From Eledone cirrhosa (taxonomy: Eukaryota): a stretch of DNA of 64,000 nucleotides. The notes under the pieces are model-generated. The model had not been told where the DNA came from. It worked only from the letters and a program-made list of their open reading frames with translations, and ran no database searches. A program made the translations under genes and the position numbers. Shown piece by piece: positions 39,758-53,221 of this stretch (positions are counted from its first letter, which is position 1; each line of letters opens with the position of its first letter). The stretch lies in NCBI GenBank assembly GCA_964016885.1, contig OZ024742.1:173662001-173726000 (forward strand). The letters are read 5' to 3'.

Positions 39758-42133
39758 TATGTCCATAGAATCATTTGATAAGATGTATACACTATTTCCT
39801 GTCCCAATCCGCATAATCAACCACACATAAAAGCAATTAAACCAGGCTATAAGATTAAAAGGCACCTATGAAGAAATAATAGATAAATAAACTTTCTAAT
39901 ACTTATCTATCTATCTATCACCTATCCATCCATCTATATATATATATATATAACGATTTACATATACACAAACTAGACAAAGTCATAGATATATATATTG
40001 TTGGCAACCATTCACGATGTGGCTCAATGTTGAATTAATAAATTAAATAATCAGAGCAATATACTATAAATTATGTCCATAGCATCATTTGATAAGATAC
40101 ATACACTATTTCCTCACCCAATCCGCATAATCATCTACACATGAAACCAATTCAACCAGGCTATAAGATTAAAAGGTACCTATAAAGAAATAATAGATAA
40201 ATAAACGACAGCCATATATTCGCGATCAACGGCAATAGAATATTTACCCAGCATTTCAATAGCACCTGGAAATCGATTAAATATATCGTCAACCATACAC
40301 AATTAAGTATAAAATTGAAGTTAGAAGAAAAAATGCATAAAAACATACCAGGATTACGTGTCTACCCTATAGGGTTTCATTCGCTTTTGGAAATATCCAA
40401 CAAGGATATATTTCCGAGCTTCGAAATCATGAGGAAACAAACTCACTTTGACGAAGATTTTTCTGAAATGATCCCCGCCAGAAACGAATACAAAATGGCT
40501 AAGAACTGTGACTTGGCAGTGCTCAAGTCAGAAAGAATGTGATTGGTGCCTTACGGCGAGTAGGCTGGTTGCTAGAAAGCGCAGCCTAATATTGCCTAAA
40601 TTGCATCTTAACCTTATAGGAGATTATCAAATATAAAGATTTACATATATACAAACTAGGCAAAGTCATAGATATATATGTTTTTGGCAACTATTCACGA
40701 TGTGGCACAATGATGAATTAATAAATTAAATAATCTGAGCAATATACTATAAACTATCTCCATAGAATCATTTAATAAGATATATACACTATTTCCTCAC
40801 CCAATCGGCATAATCAACCACACATAAAGCCAATTAAACCAGGCTATAAGATAAAAAGCCACCTATGAAGAAATAATAGATAAATAAACTACAGCCATCT
40901 ATTCGCGATCAACAGCTATAGAATGTTTACCCAGCATTTCAATAGCACCTGGAAATCGATTAAATATATCGTCAACCATACACGATTAAATATAAAACTG
41001 AAGTTAGAAGAAAAAATGCATATAAAAATACCAGGATTACGTTTCTACCCTATAGGGTTTCATTCGCTTTTGGAAATATCCTATCAAGGATATATTTCCG
41101 AGCTTCGAAATCATGAGGAAACAAACTCACTTTGACGAAGATTTTTCTGAAATGATCCCCGCCAGAAACGAATACAAAATGGCTAAGAACTGTGACTTGG
41201 CAGTGGTCAAGTCAGAAAGAATGTGATTGGTGCCTTACGGCGAGTAGGTTGGTTGCTAGAAATCGCAGCCTAATATTGCCTAAATTGCATCTTAACCTTA
41301 TAGGAGATTATCAAATATAAAGATTTACATAAATAAACGACAGCCATCTATTCGCGATCAACAGCTATAGAATATTTACCCACAATTTCAATAGCACATG
41401 GAAATCGATTATAGTTGAGATGCAATTTAGGCAATAAAAGGCTGCGCTTTCTAGCAACCAGCCTACTCGCCGTAAGGCAACAATCACATTCTTTCTGACT
41501 TGACCACTGCCACGTCACAGTTCTTAGCCATTTTGTATTCGTTTCTGGCGGGGATCATTTCAGAAAAATCTTCGTCCAAGTGAGTTTGTTTCCTGATGAT
41601 TTCGAAGCTCGGAAATTTCCCCTTGATAGGATATTTCCAAAAGCGAATGAAACCCTAAAGGGTAGAAACGTAATCCTGGTATGTTTATATGCATTTTTTC
41701 TTCTAACTTCAATTTTATACTTAATTGTGTATGGTTGACGATATATTTAATCGATTTCCAGGTGATATTGAAATGCTGGGTAAATATTCTATAGCTGTTG
41801 ATCGCGAATAGATGGCTGTCGTTTATTTATCTATTATTTCTTCCTAGGTAGATTTTAATCTTATAGCCTGGTTTAATTGGTTACATATGTGGTTGATTAT
41901 GCGGATTGGGAGAGGAAATAGTGTATATATCTTATTAAATGATTCTATGGACATAATTTATAGTATATTGCTCTGATTATTTAATTTATTAATTCAACAT
42001 TGAGCCACATCGTGAATGGTTGACAAAAACATATATATCTATGACTTTGTCTAGTTTGTGTATATGTAAATATTTATATATATATATATAGATGGATGGA
42101 TAGATGATAGATAGATAGATAAGTATTAGAAAG
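39753..42133. repeat. ~684 bp unit array: partial unit, two tandem units, partial unit, then one inverted unit (41415-42133)
   Basis: gatttacat landmark at 39955, 40638 and 41322; 39891-39950 is mirrored at 42075-42133. Confidence 0.9.
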
Positions 42134-42281
42134 TGTGTGGAACTAGCCATTGAAACGGCAAGATATGAGCCGTCGGGGTCTAGACGTTTTATAATTTAAC
42201 TATACTCAATTACCGCAAGTTTCGAATACTCTGTTGAGTAATGGTCTCACCAATTTCAAGCTGAATCTATCCTGGTTTATG

Positions 42282-42388
<107 letters not shown>

Positions 42389-43350
42389 CTCCGATATGTT
42401 TATATATGTATATACACATACATATATATTGGTTTGAGTGTATATGTATGTATATGAGGAAGCGTGCGTCCAAGTCAGCTTTGGGGATTTTTATAGATGT
42501 ATGTATTTATGTATTTCTGATTATGTGAATGTGTATGATTGTTTAAGTGTGATGCGTGCGTATGTATGCTTACGATTGAGTGGACGTGTGTATGTTACGT
42601 ATATTGTGATTAAGTGATATTTTCTGTCACGTAATTTTGGTTTCGGTTTGTGTATATGTGTGTATTTGTTAGTGTGTATTCTTGCATATGTAAGTATATG
42701 TATTCGTGTGAGACTTGTACTATAGGCTAAACAAAATCATGGCATCATTTAAATTAAATCACCAGCCATGAGGGATTTAAATTCGAGTTCCGTTCATATT
42801 AGTTCCTTACTCTATAAATAAAATATGCAAGAATAAAGCCTAAAAGAGAGTATATAATTTGATGTATAGGGCACACCGAAAATACACATATACACATATA
42901 TACATGTAAAATATACAAGATGGAACCAAAAATTAAAATAAAATAAGAAGATAAAACAGGAGTAATAGCAAATAGGCTCTGCTAGGAATTCTCGTATCAG
43001 GAATCTCTACGGCTAGAGTTTGATAGTTAAAGGTCACAACATGCCCAAATGTATACAAAATGTATTGCGATACCAGAACAAAGTTTTCGCCGAGACTGAC
43101 TTTGAAATAACATCCAAATAGATTTTTCCCTAATAAGGCGCAGTCATGACTGAGTTGGTAGGGAGTCCGTTTGGAAACCACGTGGCTTCAGAATACCTTA
43201 CACTACGGGTCATTCTGTTAAAAGTGTCTCCTACTATAGCCTTGGGCTGTCCATTGCTTGAGGAAATGTGCACCAGCCCATCTTATACACTTATCAATAC
43301 CGAACATGGTATATACACACACACACACAATACACACGGCACACACACAC

Positions 43351-43386
<36 letters not shown>

Positions 43387-43630
43387 TCACATGTAAGTAC
43401 GCACACGCAAGCGGTAGTTATATATTTCAGTGGGGAAATGGAAAATTTAAAAATGACAAATGTGCGGAGAGGGGGATGAAGAATGGCGAGAAGTCGTGGA
43501 GGGGAGATGGTGTGGAGGAGGAAGCGGGAGACGTAATGGAAAAGAGAAGAAGAAGAATTCACATACATACACACACACACACGCACATATAGCTATCTAT
43601 CTATCTATATATAAATATATATATATATAC

Positions 43631-43672
<42 letters not shown>

Positions 43673-43880
43673 TTTCTGAATTTGTTCAGCAAGATTCTTT
43701 ATCTGAAATCGTGTGTTGAAACCGACATTGTTATACTTTGGGAGGGCCATGTTGCCAATAAGAAACACACGCACCAGTTGCTTTCACTTCAATTTATTAT
43801 AATACATTTATAATAAATTTATAAATTTATAAATTTCTGGTTGGTTGGTTGGTTCCACAACCAGATAGTTGTTTATATAT

Positions 43881-43925
43881 AGTCATAGTTCTTTCGTCAC
43901 ACACTCTGTGACCTCTTCAGTGACT
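43881..43925 (-). ncRNA. Type I hammerhead (family G) in pLTR-like element 43671-44040
   Basis: Reverse complement: agtca CTGAAGA g gtcaca gagtg tgtgac GAAA gaac TA tgact. Confidence 0.75.
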
Positions 43926-44478
43926 GGGGATTCCTTTTTTTGTTTCAGTGCCTCTCCTTTGTTCTGTCCTACGCCATTTTGTTTCTGTGTGTGTGTTGTG
44001 TGTTCAGTCTGCGCATGCGCCACATCCGGGTGTCTGTGTGTGTTTATGTTCATTTATTTATTTGTTTATTTACATGTTACTGGTTGGTTGTTTGTTCTAT
44101 GTGTGTGTGTGTTTTCATTTTGTCCTTAATTGTAAGTTGTTATGTTGCTGTTCCACTCATATGTTCTATTTAATTTTGGTTGTAATTCTTTTATGTTTAT
44201 TGCCTCTGTAATTTGTCTAAACATTACGTATTTTCTTGTGTAGATTCTATGGTTATTTCTATGTTCGCTAATTTACTCTTGTGTTCTATTTTAGCATGTT
44301 GGTAGAGTACAGATGATTCTTTATTATCTTGAAGGTCTCGCCAGTATTCATTTATCCGTTCCCCTACACTACGCGCTGTCTCACCTATGTACACTATATT
44401 TTTGTCTCTACATTGTCCTTAAACTTTCCGTACACACATACACACACTCTTATATATATATGTGTGTGTGTGTGTATG

Positions 44479-44570
<92 letters not shown>

Positions 44571-44592
44571 CATATATTTATATATTTATATA

Positions 44593-44710
<118 letters not shown>

Positions 44711-44714
44711 TATT

Positions 44715-45143
<429 letters not shown>

Positions 45144-45484
45144 CATACATACATATATATATTTGAGTGTGTGTGCGTGTGTGTACGGAAAGTAAACGGA
45201 TACAATGAATCAAATCACACCACACAATGAAGATATATATTAGTTTAATACTTGAAATACGAGGAAAAATGTCTTAACCATTTGGAGGCTAGCCATTCGT
45301 CACGAGATGGAATGGGAAATAAAAGAAATACAAAAATAGAAAGTGAGATGAGGAAGGAAGAGACAAAATATATCATTTGAGATAAACCACGTCTTTCCAG
45401 TCAGCCATTTTGAGGAAACACACACTCAGGCGCAGATATATAATTCTATGTATATATGTGTGTGTGTATATATATATATATATA

Positions 45485-46045
45485 AACGGAAAAATGAAAC
45501 GAAATTTCATTTCCCACTCTTTGTACGGCTGTTACTTAAATATAAGTATGTATACGTACATATATATATGTATACAGACGTACAGTAGTATGTATATATA
45601 TATATATATACATACATGCATACATATATATATGTACGTATGGATTCACCAAACATTTATTATAATGTTCAGTGAGTTTGTAAACAAACATCACGTAATA
45701 AGCCGTAGTGTCTAGCCAACATCTTTGCTCGTTTGTTCAACACTGACAAAGGAACGCTGTACTAGTTTCAAGCTTGTTAGCTATAGTCAGTAACCTTCCT
45801 GCCAAATAGTTGAACGTCCGAAAGTATATACTTACCTTATACATATTAACGGCTGAGTAGCCCAATTTGCTTATCGAGTGGGTTAATCGGCCGGGTGCAA
45901 GCTCACAAGCTTGAAACTAGTACAGCATTCCCTTGTCAGTGTTGAACAAATGAGCAACGGCGGTTGCTAGACACTACGGCTTAATACGGGATGTGTGTTT
46001 ACAAACACACCGAACATTATAATAAATGTTTGCTAAATCCATACG
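45485..46045. repeat. Family A unit (-, hammerhead core mutated at ~45754-45792) fused to a partial + unit
   Basis: Homology to the 17297-17700 unit; ctgacta replaces ctgacga; + fragment begins at ~45901 inside stem II. Confidence 0.8.
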
Positions 46046-46273
46046 TACATATATATATGTGTGCATGTATTTATATATACATACTACTGTACGTCTGTAT
46101 ACATATTTATATATATATATATGAGTGTGTGTGTGGTGTGTGTGTGGGGGGGGGGGGTGCGTGTGTGTATGTGTATGTGTGCGTGTGTATGTGCAAATGG
46201 CTATATAAATCCATATTCAATGTGCTTTCGGACTATAAACCTGATGTGTTTTAAATATTCACATATATTCTTT

Positions 46274-46316
<43 letters not shown>

Positions 46317-46488
46317 TTAATTAATCAATTATACTATTTATGGTTATGTAAATACAAAAACCTTTTGCAGTTATATGTTTTTTTTATACAAACCCTAAAT
46401 AGTGGTAGGCAGTAATGTATTACTACCTTATTACCAGTAAGTTAAGTAGCTCAATGTAAAAACATCAGATGATTTACAGAGCATCTTT

Positions 46489-46523
<35 letters not shown>

Positions 46524-47192
46524 GTTTCGTGTGCGTGTGTGATTAAGTGCGTATGTTCATAAATTTACATACATGTGTGGGGGTTGTAGACATATACGTG
46601 TGGGTTGTTCCATAGAAAAAATTATTGACAAATATATACATAATATAGATGCTTGACATATATTAAAAGAGAAATATAACTAATTATTTTACATATGGGA
46701 ATGCCACCAATTACAGTATAGTGGTAGTGTTTACTGAACTGTTGCTACCACACATACATTGGCATGGAACTGTACTAAATATCTAGATTATCACTGTAAT
46801 TACCACTCATTAAAGCTAAACGATATCATCTGAAGTTTTTACCTCTCTTTCATTGAGCAATTTATGTTTTAAAACTTTCCTTTGATACTTAGATATTGTT
46901 ATCTTTTATCAACCGTCGAGATATTTGAAAATATGTTGTTAATATTTTCCTTCTTTTATTCCCTGTGTTTTCTATAATTTTGTCTTTATCAAACTACATC
47001 ACATAATTCTCGATAAAAGTATTCATATTATATTATAACATTTTTGCTAACGAAATCACAAGCATTTACATGCAATATATGGACACACACATACGGAAAG
47101 AAATATTTGCATATCAATAGAATATACATTGATTGATATATATATATACGGGCGGGGGTGTATGTGTATATGTGCGTGTGTGTATGTGTGTG

Positions 47193-47290
<98 letters not shown>

Positions 47291-48015
47291 TATGTATGTG
47301 TGTGTGTTCATGCATACACATGTTGCTTTCAGCAAATAATATGTTCCATTTAATTGGAATATTATATCTTGACACTGTGTAGTGAAACATTAAGTACTTT
47401 TCATTGCTATCCGTGTTTCTCATATATATATTGCTTCGTTTAGCACTTATATAACCATAAAATTCTCTGGAACCAGCTGTAAAATACAATGTTAAGTGTT
47501 TCAGCACATTGCCAAAATTCTTCAATTTAAAAGCCATAATGAAATCACCTCCATGATTAAAAATTACTTATTGATGAAACTGCAAGCACATAAAAGAGAG
47601 TGAAAAATAGGAACATTTTTAATATCTACTATTTAATATTCTATGGAGTTTCTAGTTGGAATGTATTTCAAGATTCATTCTTTCACTCAGCTGCTACTTT
47701 ATTTTAAACTGGCTCTTTCACAGAAAATCATTTCCCTTGATTTTCGAGTACTGGAATTTCCCGTCATTGTTTTAACTCCACTCATTACATATCATACACT
47801 CGAAATAATATTTCATAGTTTGTTAATTTAGAATGTGACACAAATTCATGCATTTCTCATACAACAAACTATAACATGTTAGGTTGGCAAATATATGACA
47901 ACATATACAACAAGGTGACCTTTGTTGGAGGATTTTAATTGGCCAACCTATCATGTTATACAGTGTTGCATGATTCAGACACACTCACACACATATATAT
48001 ATATGTGTGTATATA

Positions 48016-48103
<88 letters not shown>

Positions 48104-48148
48104 GAGAGTAAAACAAAGAATCCTTTAATACATCAAAAGTTTTTATTA

Positions 48149-48186
48149 GCCGACAATGTTTCGTCCTATTAAGGACTCATCAGGGC
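48149..48186 (-). ncRNA. Minimal type I hammerhead in the inverted pLTR (family H)
   Basis: Reverse complement: gcc CTGATGA gtcct taat aggac GAAA cattg TC ggc. Confidence 0.88.
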
Positions 48187-51100
48187 AATCAAAACAACAA
48201 GAGGTAATATCGGCAGATACAAGCCGGAAACTCTGAAGAATATGGAGTGTACATACATTAATGTCTTACCAAAATATATGATAATAAAAATGAAAATAAA
48301 AATAAAAACAATAAAAATATATAATAAGAATAACTAAGGATGTAGATAACATTAAGAACCATATTACAAATACAGTCCAAAGCAACTAACCTAAATCTAA
48401 ACAAATTTGGTTATATAGAGCAGGAATTATATATAACACAATATAATACATTATAATAATAATATACTTTTACCAACATTAAAATTACAAATTAAAAATC
48501 AAAAGGTACAATATATACATGTATATATGTGCGCACACTCATGTTCTCTGGGATTAATAGACTTGAATCTAATAAGTTTATCCAATTCGATATTGATGCC
48601 TACTACACATCAATTTCACCCATCCTCCTCAATAAAGCCTTAATGTTGGCCATGAGAGTGTCCAGCCTTACACGATCGCAGGTAGATATTATACTAGCAG
48701 CCCGTAAAACTATTATTAAATTTGAGGACACATTTTGGACCCGTAAAACACGCCCAATAATTTCGACGTTACAATGGGTTCGAGTGATTCGGCCCAGGTT
48801 ACTGATCTTGTTGGGTTGTCCCTCCTTAATGAACTATACGCTACCTTCCCGCACCTTATAGGCGGACTATATCGTGATGATGCATTGTTTGTAATTAACT
48901 CTAGCACCAACAATGTAGAACATAATAAGAAGAAGCTTTATAAGTTTTTTAAAATCTACAACCTTTCGATCACGATAGATAGAAATGATAGAGCGTTTAA
49001 CTTTTTAGATGTGACTTTGGACTTGGCCACTAATAGTTTTAAACCCCTCCATAAGCCTAATGAAATTCTTTCTTAAGTTAGCCCCAACTCTAACCACCCT
49101 AAGTCTATGATAAACTCTATAATTAAGGGCGTTTCTAATAGGATTTCCACACTATCTAAGGACATAGGAACACTTAATGAACATGCGTATACTACAATAA
49201 TGCCCTAGCAAATTCAGGTCACTCTAGTAAAATAAATTATAATAATAGTAACCTTAGAAAGTCTCCGCTTACTCTTAATAATAATAACATTATATCACAT
49301 AACATGGCCATGAATGGGAGTAGCAAATATAGTAACCGTAGAATTTATATAGGTGTATCTGAACCCACCCATAAGTTAACCCACCGGACTCGTAATAGCA
49401 AATATAATACCTCTAGGAGACAAGTTGAACCCCCTGTGCGCTCACGCATAGGTTTTGGTTTTGCTGGATCTTATTCTAATAATGTTGCTCCTACTGATCC
49501 TATCATTGGCCTTAATCCTCTTGTAGGGATTCCGGACAACAGCAGATCTACTGGAGGTAGAAACTATAATAGACATAACGAAATTATGGCTGATTCTATG
49601 AATGTGGCTTCAACTATTCCTGATAGTAACCCTAGTCTCGACGATGGGACATTTGATAGAGGTAGGGTCGATAAGAATAAAAATAAAAATTGAAGGCGAT
49701 TAAATACTTATTTCAACCCGCCATATAATCAGGATGTATCAACTAATATCCCTAGGTCTTTCTTCACTATCTTAGAGAAAAATTTCCCCCCTTCTCACAA
49801 ATACCATGGTATTTTTAATAAAAATGTTATTAAACTCTCATTCTCTACCACCCCTAATATTAGTTCTCATTTAGCTAGCACTAATAATAGGAAAATTAGG
49901 GATGGATTCTCCTCTCAACATACTACTAGTCTGAACGGATCTGACAATGCTTTACCACCAGAACAGTCCTTATCTAATAGAGGTCCTACGTGTAATACAT
50001 CACCACTCGAGCCAACCAATAACACCCGGAAGTGCAATTGTAGAGTGAGTGCTAACTGCCCGCTATACGGTAACTGCCTTTCTAAGAACATTGTCTACGC
50101 TTGCGAGGTTATAACTAATTCCTCTAATAGAACGTATATAGGATCTACTTCAAACACTTTTAAGACTAGGTTTAACTCTCATATCTCTAACTTCAAACAT
50201 GTTAGGTTTAAGAATTCTACCTCTTTAGCGCATTATATCTGGGATCTTAAGGGAGCTTATATACCATATAGCCTTAACTGAAGTTTAGTAGCACGATCTA
50301 ACCACCTTTCTGCACATAGTAAGTTTTGTAATCCCTGTATACTTGAGACACACTCTATTATTTCCTCTAGCGTACCCTTACTGAATAGAAAGTCTGAGAT
50401 ATTCTCTTCTTGCCCCCACGCCATTTCTAATTCTTATTTTTATTATAAACCCAAATGTTCTAGTAGTATAAATTGTACCCATTAGCAGATATATTCCATT
50501 ACTTAGTTTTTTGTTTGGGTTCTTTTGTTTGCCAACATTAATGTTATCATCATTATCACCATTGGTTTTTGATGACTCTTCATTCTAGCTCTCTTAATCA
50601 TTTGGCTACTGTACCATATCTATGTTTTCACTATTACACCTTGTTAATATACATAAGATTACACACTTTACGCCACTTACGTTATTCTATTATTATCTTT
50701 ATTTTTTTTATTTTAATTTTAATTTTAATTTTATTTTTAATTTTTAATTCTATTTTTATTTCTAAGTTTATTCTGATTTATCTTTCGACAACCCCCAACC
50801 ACCCTCCCCCCTTCCCCATCCCCCCATGCGCACATAAACTTATTGTCAACCCCTCCAGATTGACTATGATTATATTTACCCCCCCCCCCCTCTTTTATGC
50901 TCCGTTCTATTATTTATTATAGTATATCGACTATATTTTATGCCACTTCGCACCCTCCATATATTTCGTGAATTCTGTCCCCATTAGCCTACCTTAATTC
51001 TACTTAAGTCAGTTTTTTTTGATATCGTTGCGTATATGATAGTATAAAATGTTCATTCCTTTTTGTAAACATTTGTAACGATACATTAAAGTTTATATAC

Positions 51101-51431
51101 TTTAATGACTTAAACTACAGCTAATATTATACTACCTTATTGGACGGGTTTGTTATTTTTAATATTAATTTATCAAATAGGGTTTGGAGTCAATTAAAAT
51201 GATTGTTTTCCTTAGTGTTTACCTAATTTCTTAAATGCACGCGAGGCCTAAGTGTGTATATATTTGCTTTTGTTTTGTAATTTCCGGTTGATTTTATTTA
51301 TTTATTTTATTCTATATTCTATTTACTATTCACTGTCTGGCTTTGCTTACTCATCCACATATGTCTGTCTACTAACCTTGTAATTATAAGTATTTATATA
51401 TGTTATGCCAATTTATAATATATTATATTAT

Positions 51432-51617
51432 ATTGTATTGTAATATTGATCCTTATTACTTACTGTTCATTATATGTAACATTATGATATTTGAACTTTA
51501 TATATCATGTAAGATGTCTGGATTTTTGTAATATTGTAATATTGATCCTTATTACTTACTGTTCATTATATGTAACATTATGATATTTAGACTTTACATA
51601 TCATTTAAGATGTCTGT
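51432..51617. repeat. Two-copy ~96 bp tandem duplication in the PLE 3' UTR
   Basis: tattgtaatattgatccttattacttactgttc...aagatgtctg appears twice. Confidence 0.8.
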
Positions 51618-52031
51618 ATATTTTTTTCTGTAACATCATAATTTTTCCCTGTACCATTATAGTGTTTCTTTGAGTATTATATAATTTATTTTTCCTCATT
51701 TATTCTGTAACCCAGTATGAATCGATTTGTATATATTGCTTATGGTAAATGTTAGTACACTGTTAACGTATTATCATTGTATTTTATTGTGACATCTATA
51801 TTGTTTCTGTAAATTAACCGGGGATTATCTATTTTATTATATTATATTGAATTATATAATGTTGTTGTTTATTATTTGTTATATGTGTTTCTTGTAATTA
51901 TATCATATTATTGCCTCATGTATATTGGGTAGATGTATTAGTATTATTTTCACTCTTATCATGCTTATTTTTATATTCAAACTTCTAATAGGGCTAAATT
52001 TTGTGTAGTGGAACATAGATGTGTGTGTTGT

Positions 52032-52071
<40 letters not shown>

Positions 52072-52414
52072 CATATATACATGTATATATTGTACCTTTT
52101 GATTTTTAATTTGTAATTTTAATGTTGGTAAAAGTATATTATTATTATAATGTATTATATTGTGTTATATATAATTCCTGCTCTATATAACCAAATTTGT
52201 TTAGATTTAGGTTAGTTGCTTTGGACTATATTTGTAATATGGTTCTTAATGTTATCTACATCCTTAGTTATTCTTATTATATATTTTTATTATTTTTATT
52301 TTTATTTTCATTTTTATTATCATATATTTTGGTAAGACATTAGTGTATGTACACTCCATATACTTCAGAGTTTCCGGCTTGTATCTGCCGATATTACCTC
52401 TTGTTGTTTTGATT

Positions 52415-52452
52415 GCCCTGATGAGTCCTTAATAGGACGAAATATTGTCGGC
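52415..52452 (+). ncRNA. Minimal type I hammerhead in the 3' pLTR (family H)
   Basis: gcc CTGATGA gtcct taat aggac GAAA tattg TC ggc. Confidence 0.85.
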
Positions 52453-52599
52453 TAATAAAAACTTTTGATGTATTAAAGGATTCTTTGTTTTACTCTCTTA
52501 ATTTTTTGGATCTGTTTAACTGCATTGAGCTATACCTTTTACTGTTATTTCTATAATACGAAGAGGGTGTTTGACTCCAACACGCTCCAGTATTCTAAT

Positions 52600-52797
<198 letters not shown>

Positions 52798-53016
52798 TAT
52801 ATATATATAGTAAGTGTGTGTGTATACGTACATACATATATGTATACAGACGTACAGTAGCATGCATATATATATATACTATATATACATACAGGTACAC
52901 ATACATACATGCACGTATCAGTTTAGCGGACGCTTATTATAACGCGGCTTTGTTCGTTTGTAAACAAACTGAACATCACCCCTTTTTTTTTTTTTTTAGT
53001 TCAAACTGACACAGGA

Positions 53017-53059
53017 ACGATGTACTAGTTTCAAGCTTGTTAGCTATCATCAGCACCGT
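53017..53059 (-). ncRNA. Type I hammerhead, subfamily B, in a solo unit at 52825-53140
   Basis: Reverse complement is identical to 26118-26160. Confidence 0.85.
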
Positions 53060-53221
53060 ATACCCATCTGCCAGATAGTTGAAGTAAGTGCCGTATTAAG
53101 AGTGAGAAATGAAATTTCGTTTTCATTTTATTTCAACTTATATATATAGTAATAATAATAAATTTGAAGACTAAAATACAAAGAGGGCTCGATAAGGATA
53201 AATATATATCAAATATATAAG

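Larger units (their letters stand above)
48101..52500 (+). mobile_element. Penelope-like element (Naiad-like), 5'-truncated, with inverted pLTR (48101-48530) and 3' pLTR (52070-52500)
   Basis: QFDIDAYYTSIS, MGSSDSAQVTDLVG, GGLYRDDAL, FNFLDVTLDL, YFNPPY, CNC..CPLYGNC..IVY..YIGST (GIY-YIG), LNRKSE..CPH; coding remnant ~48545-50485; near-identical ~430 bp inverted termini in (TA)n. Confidence 0.9.

Noticed and set aside
41585-41680. Hammerhead in the 684 bp unit
   Set aside because: ctgatga occurs in one copy only (ctcatga in the others), and none of the candidates has a stem I
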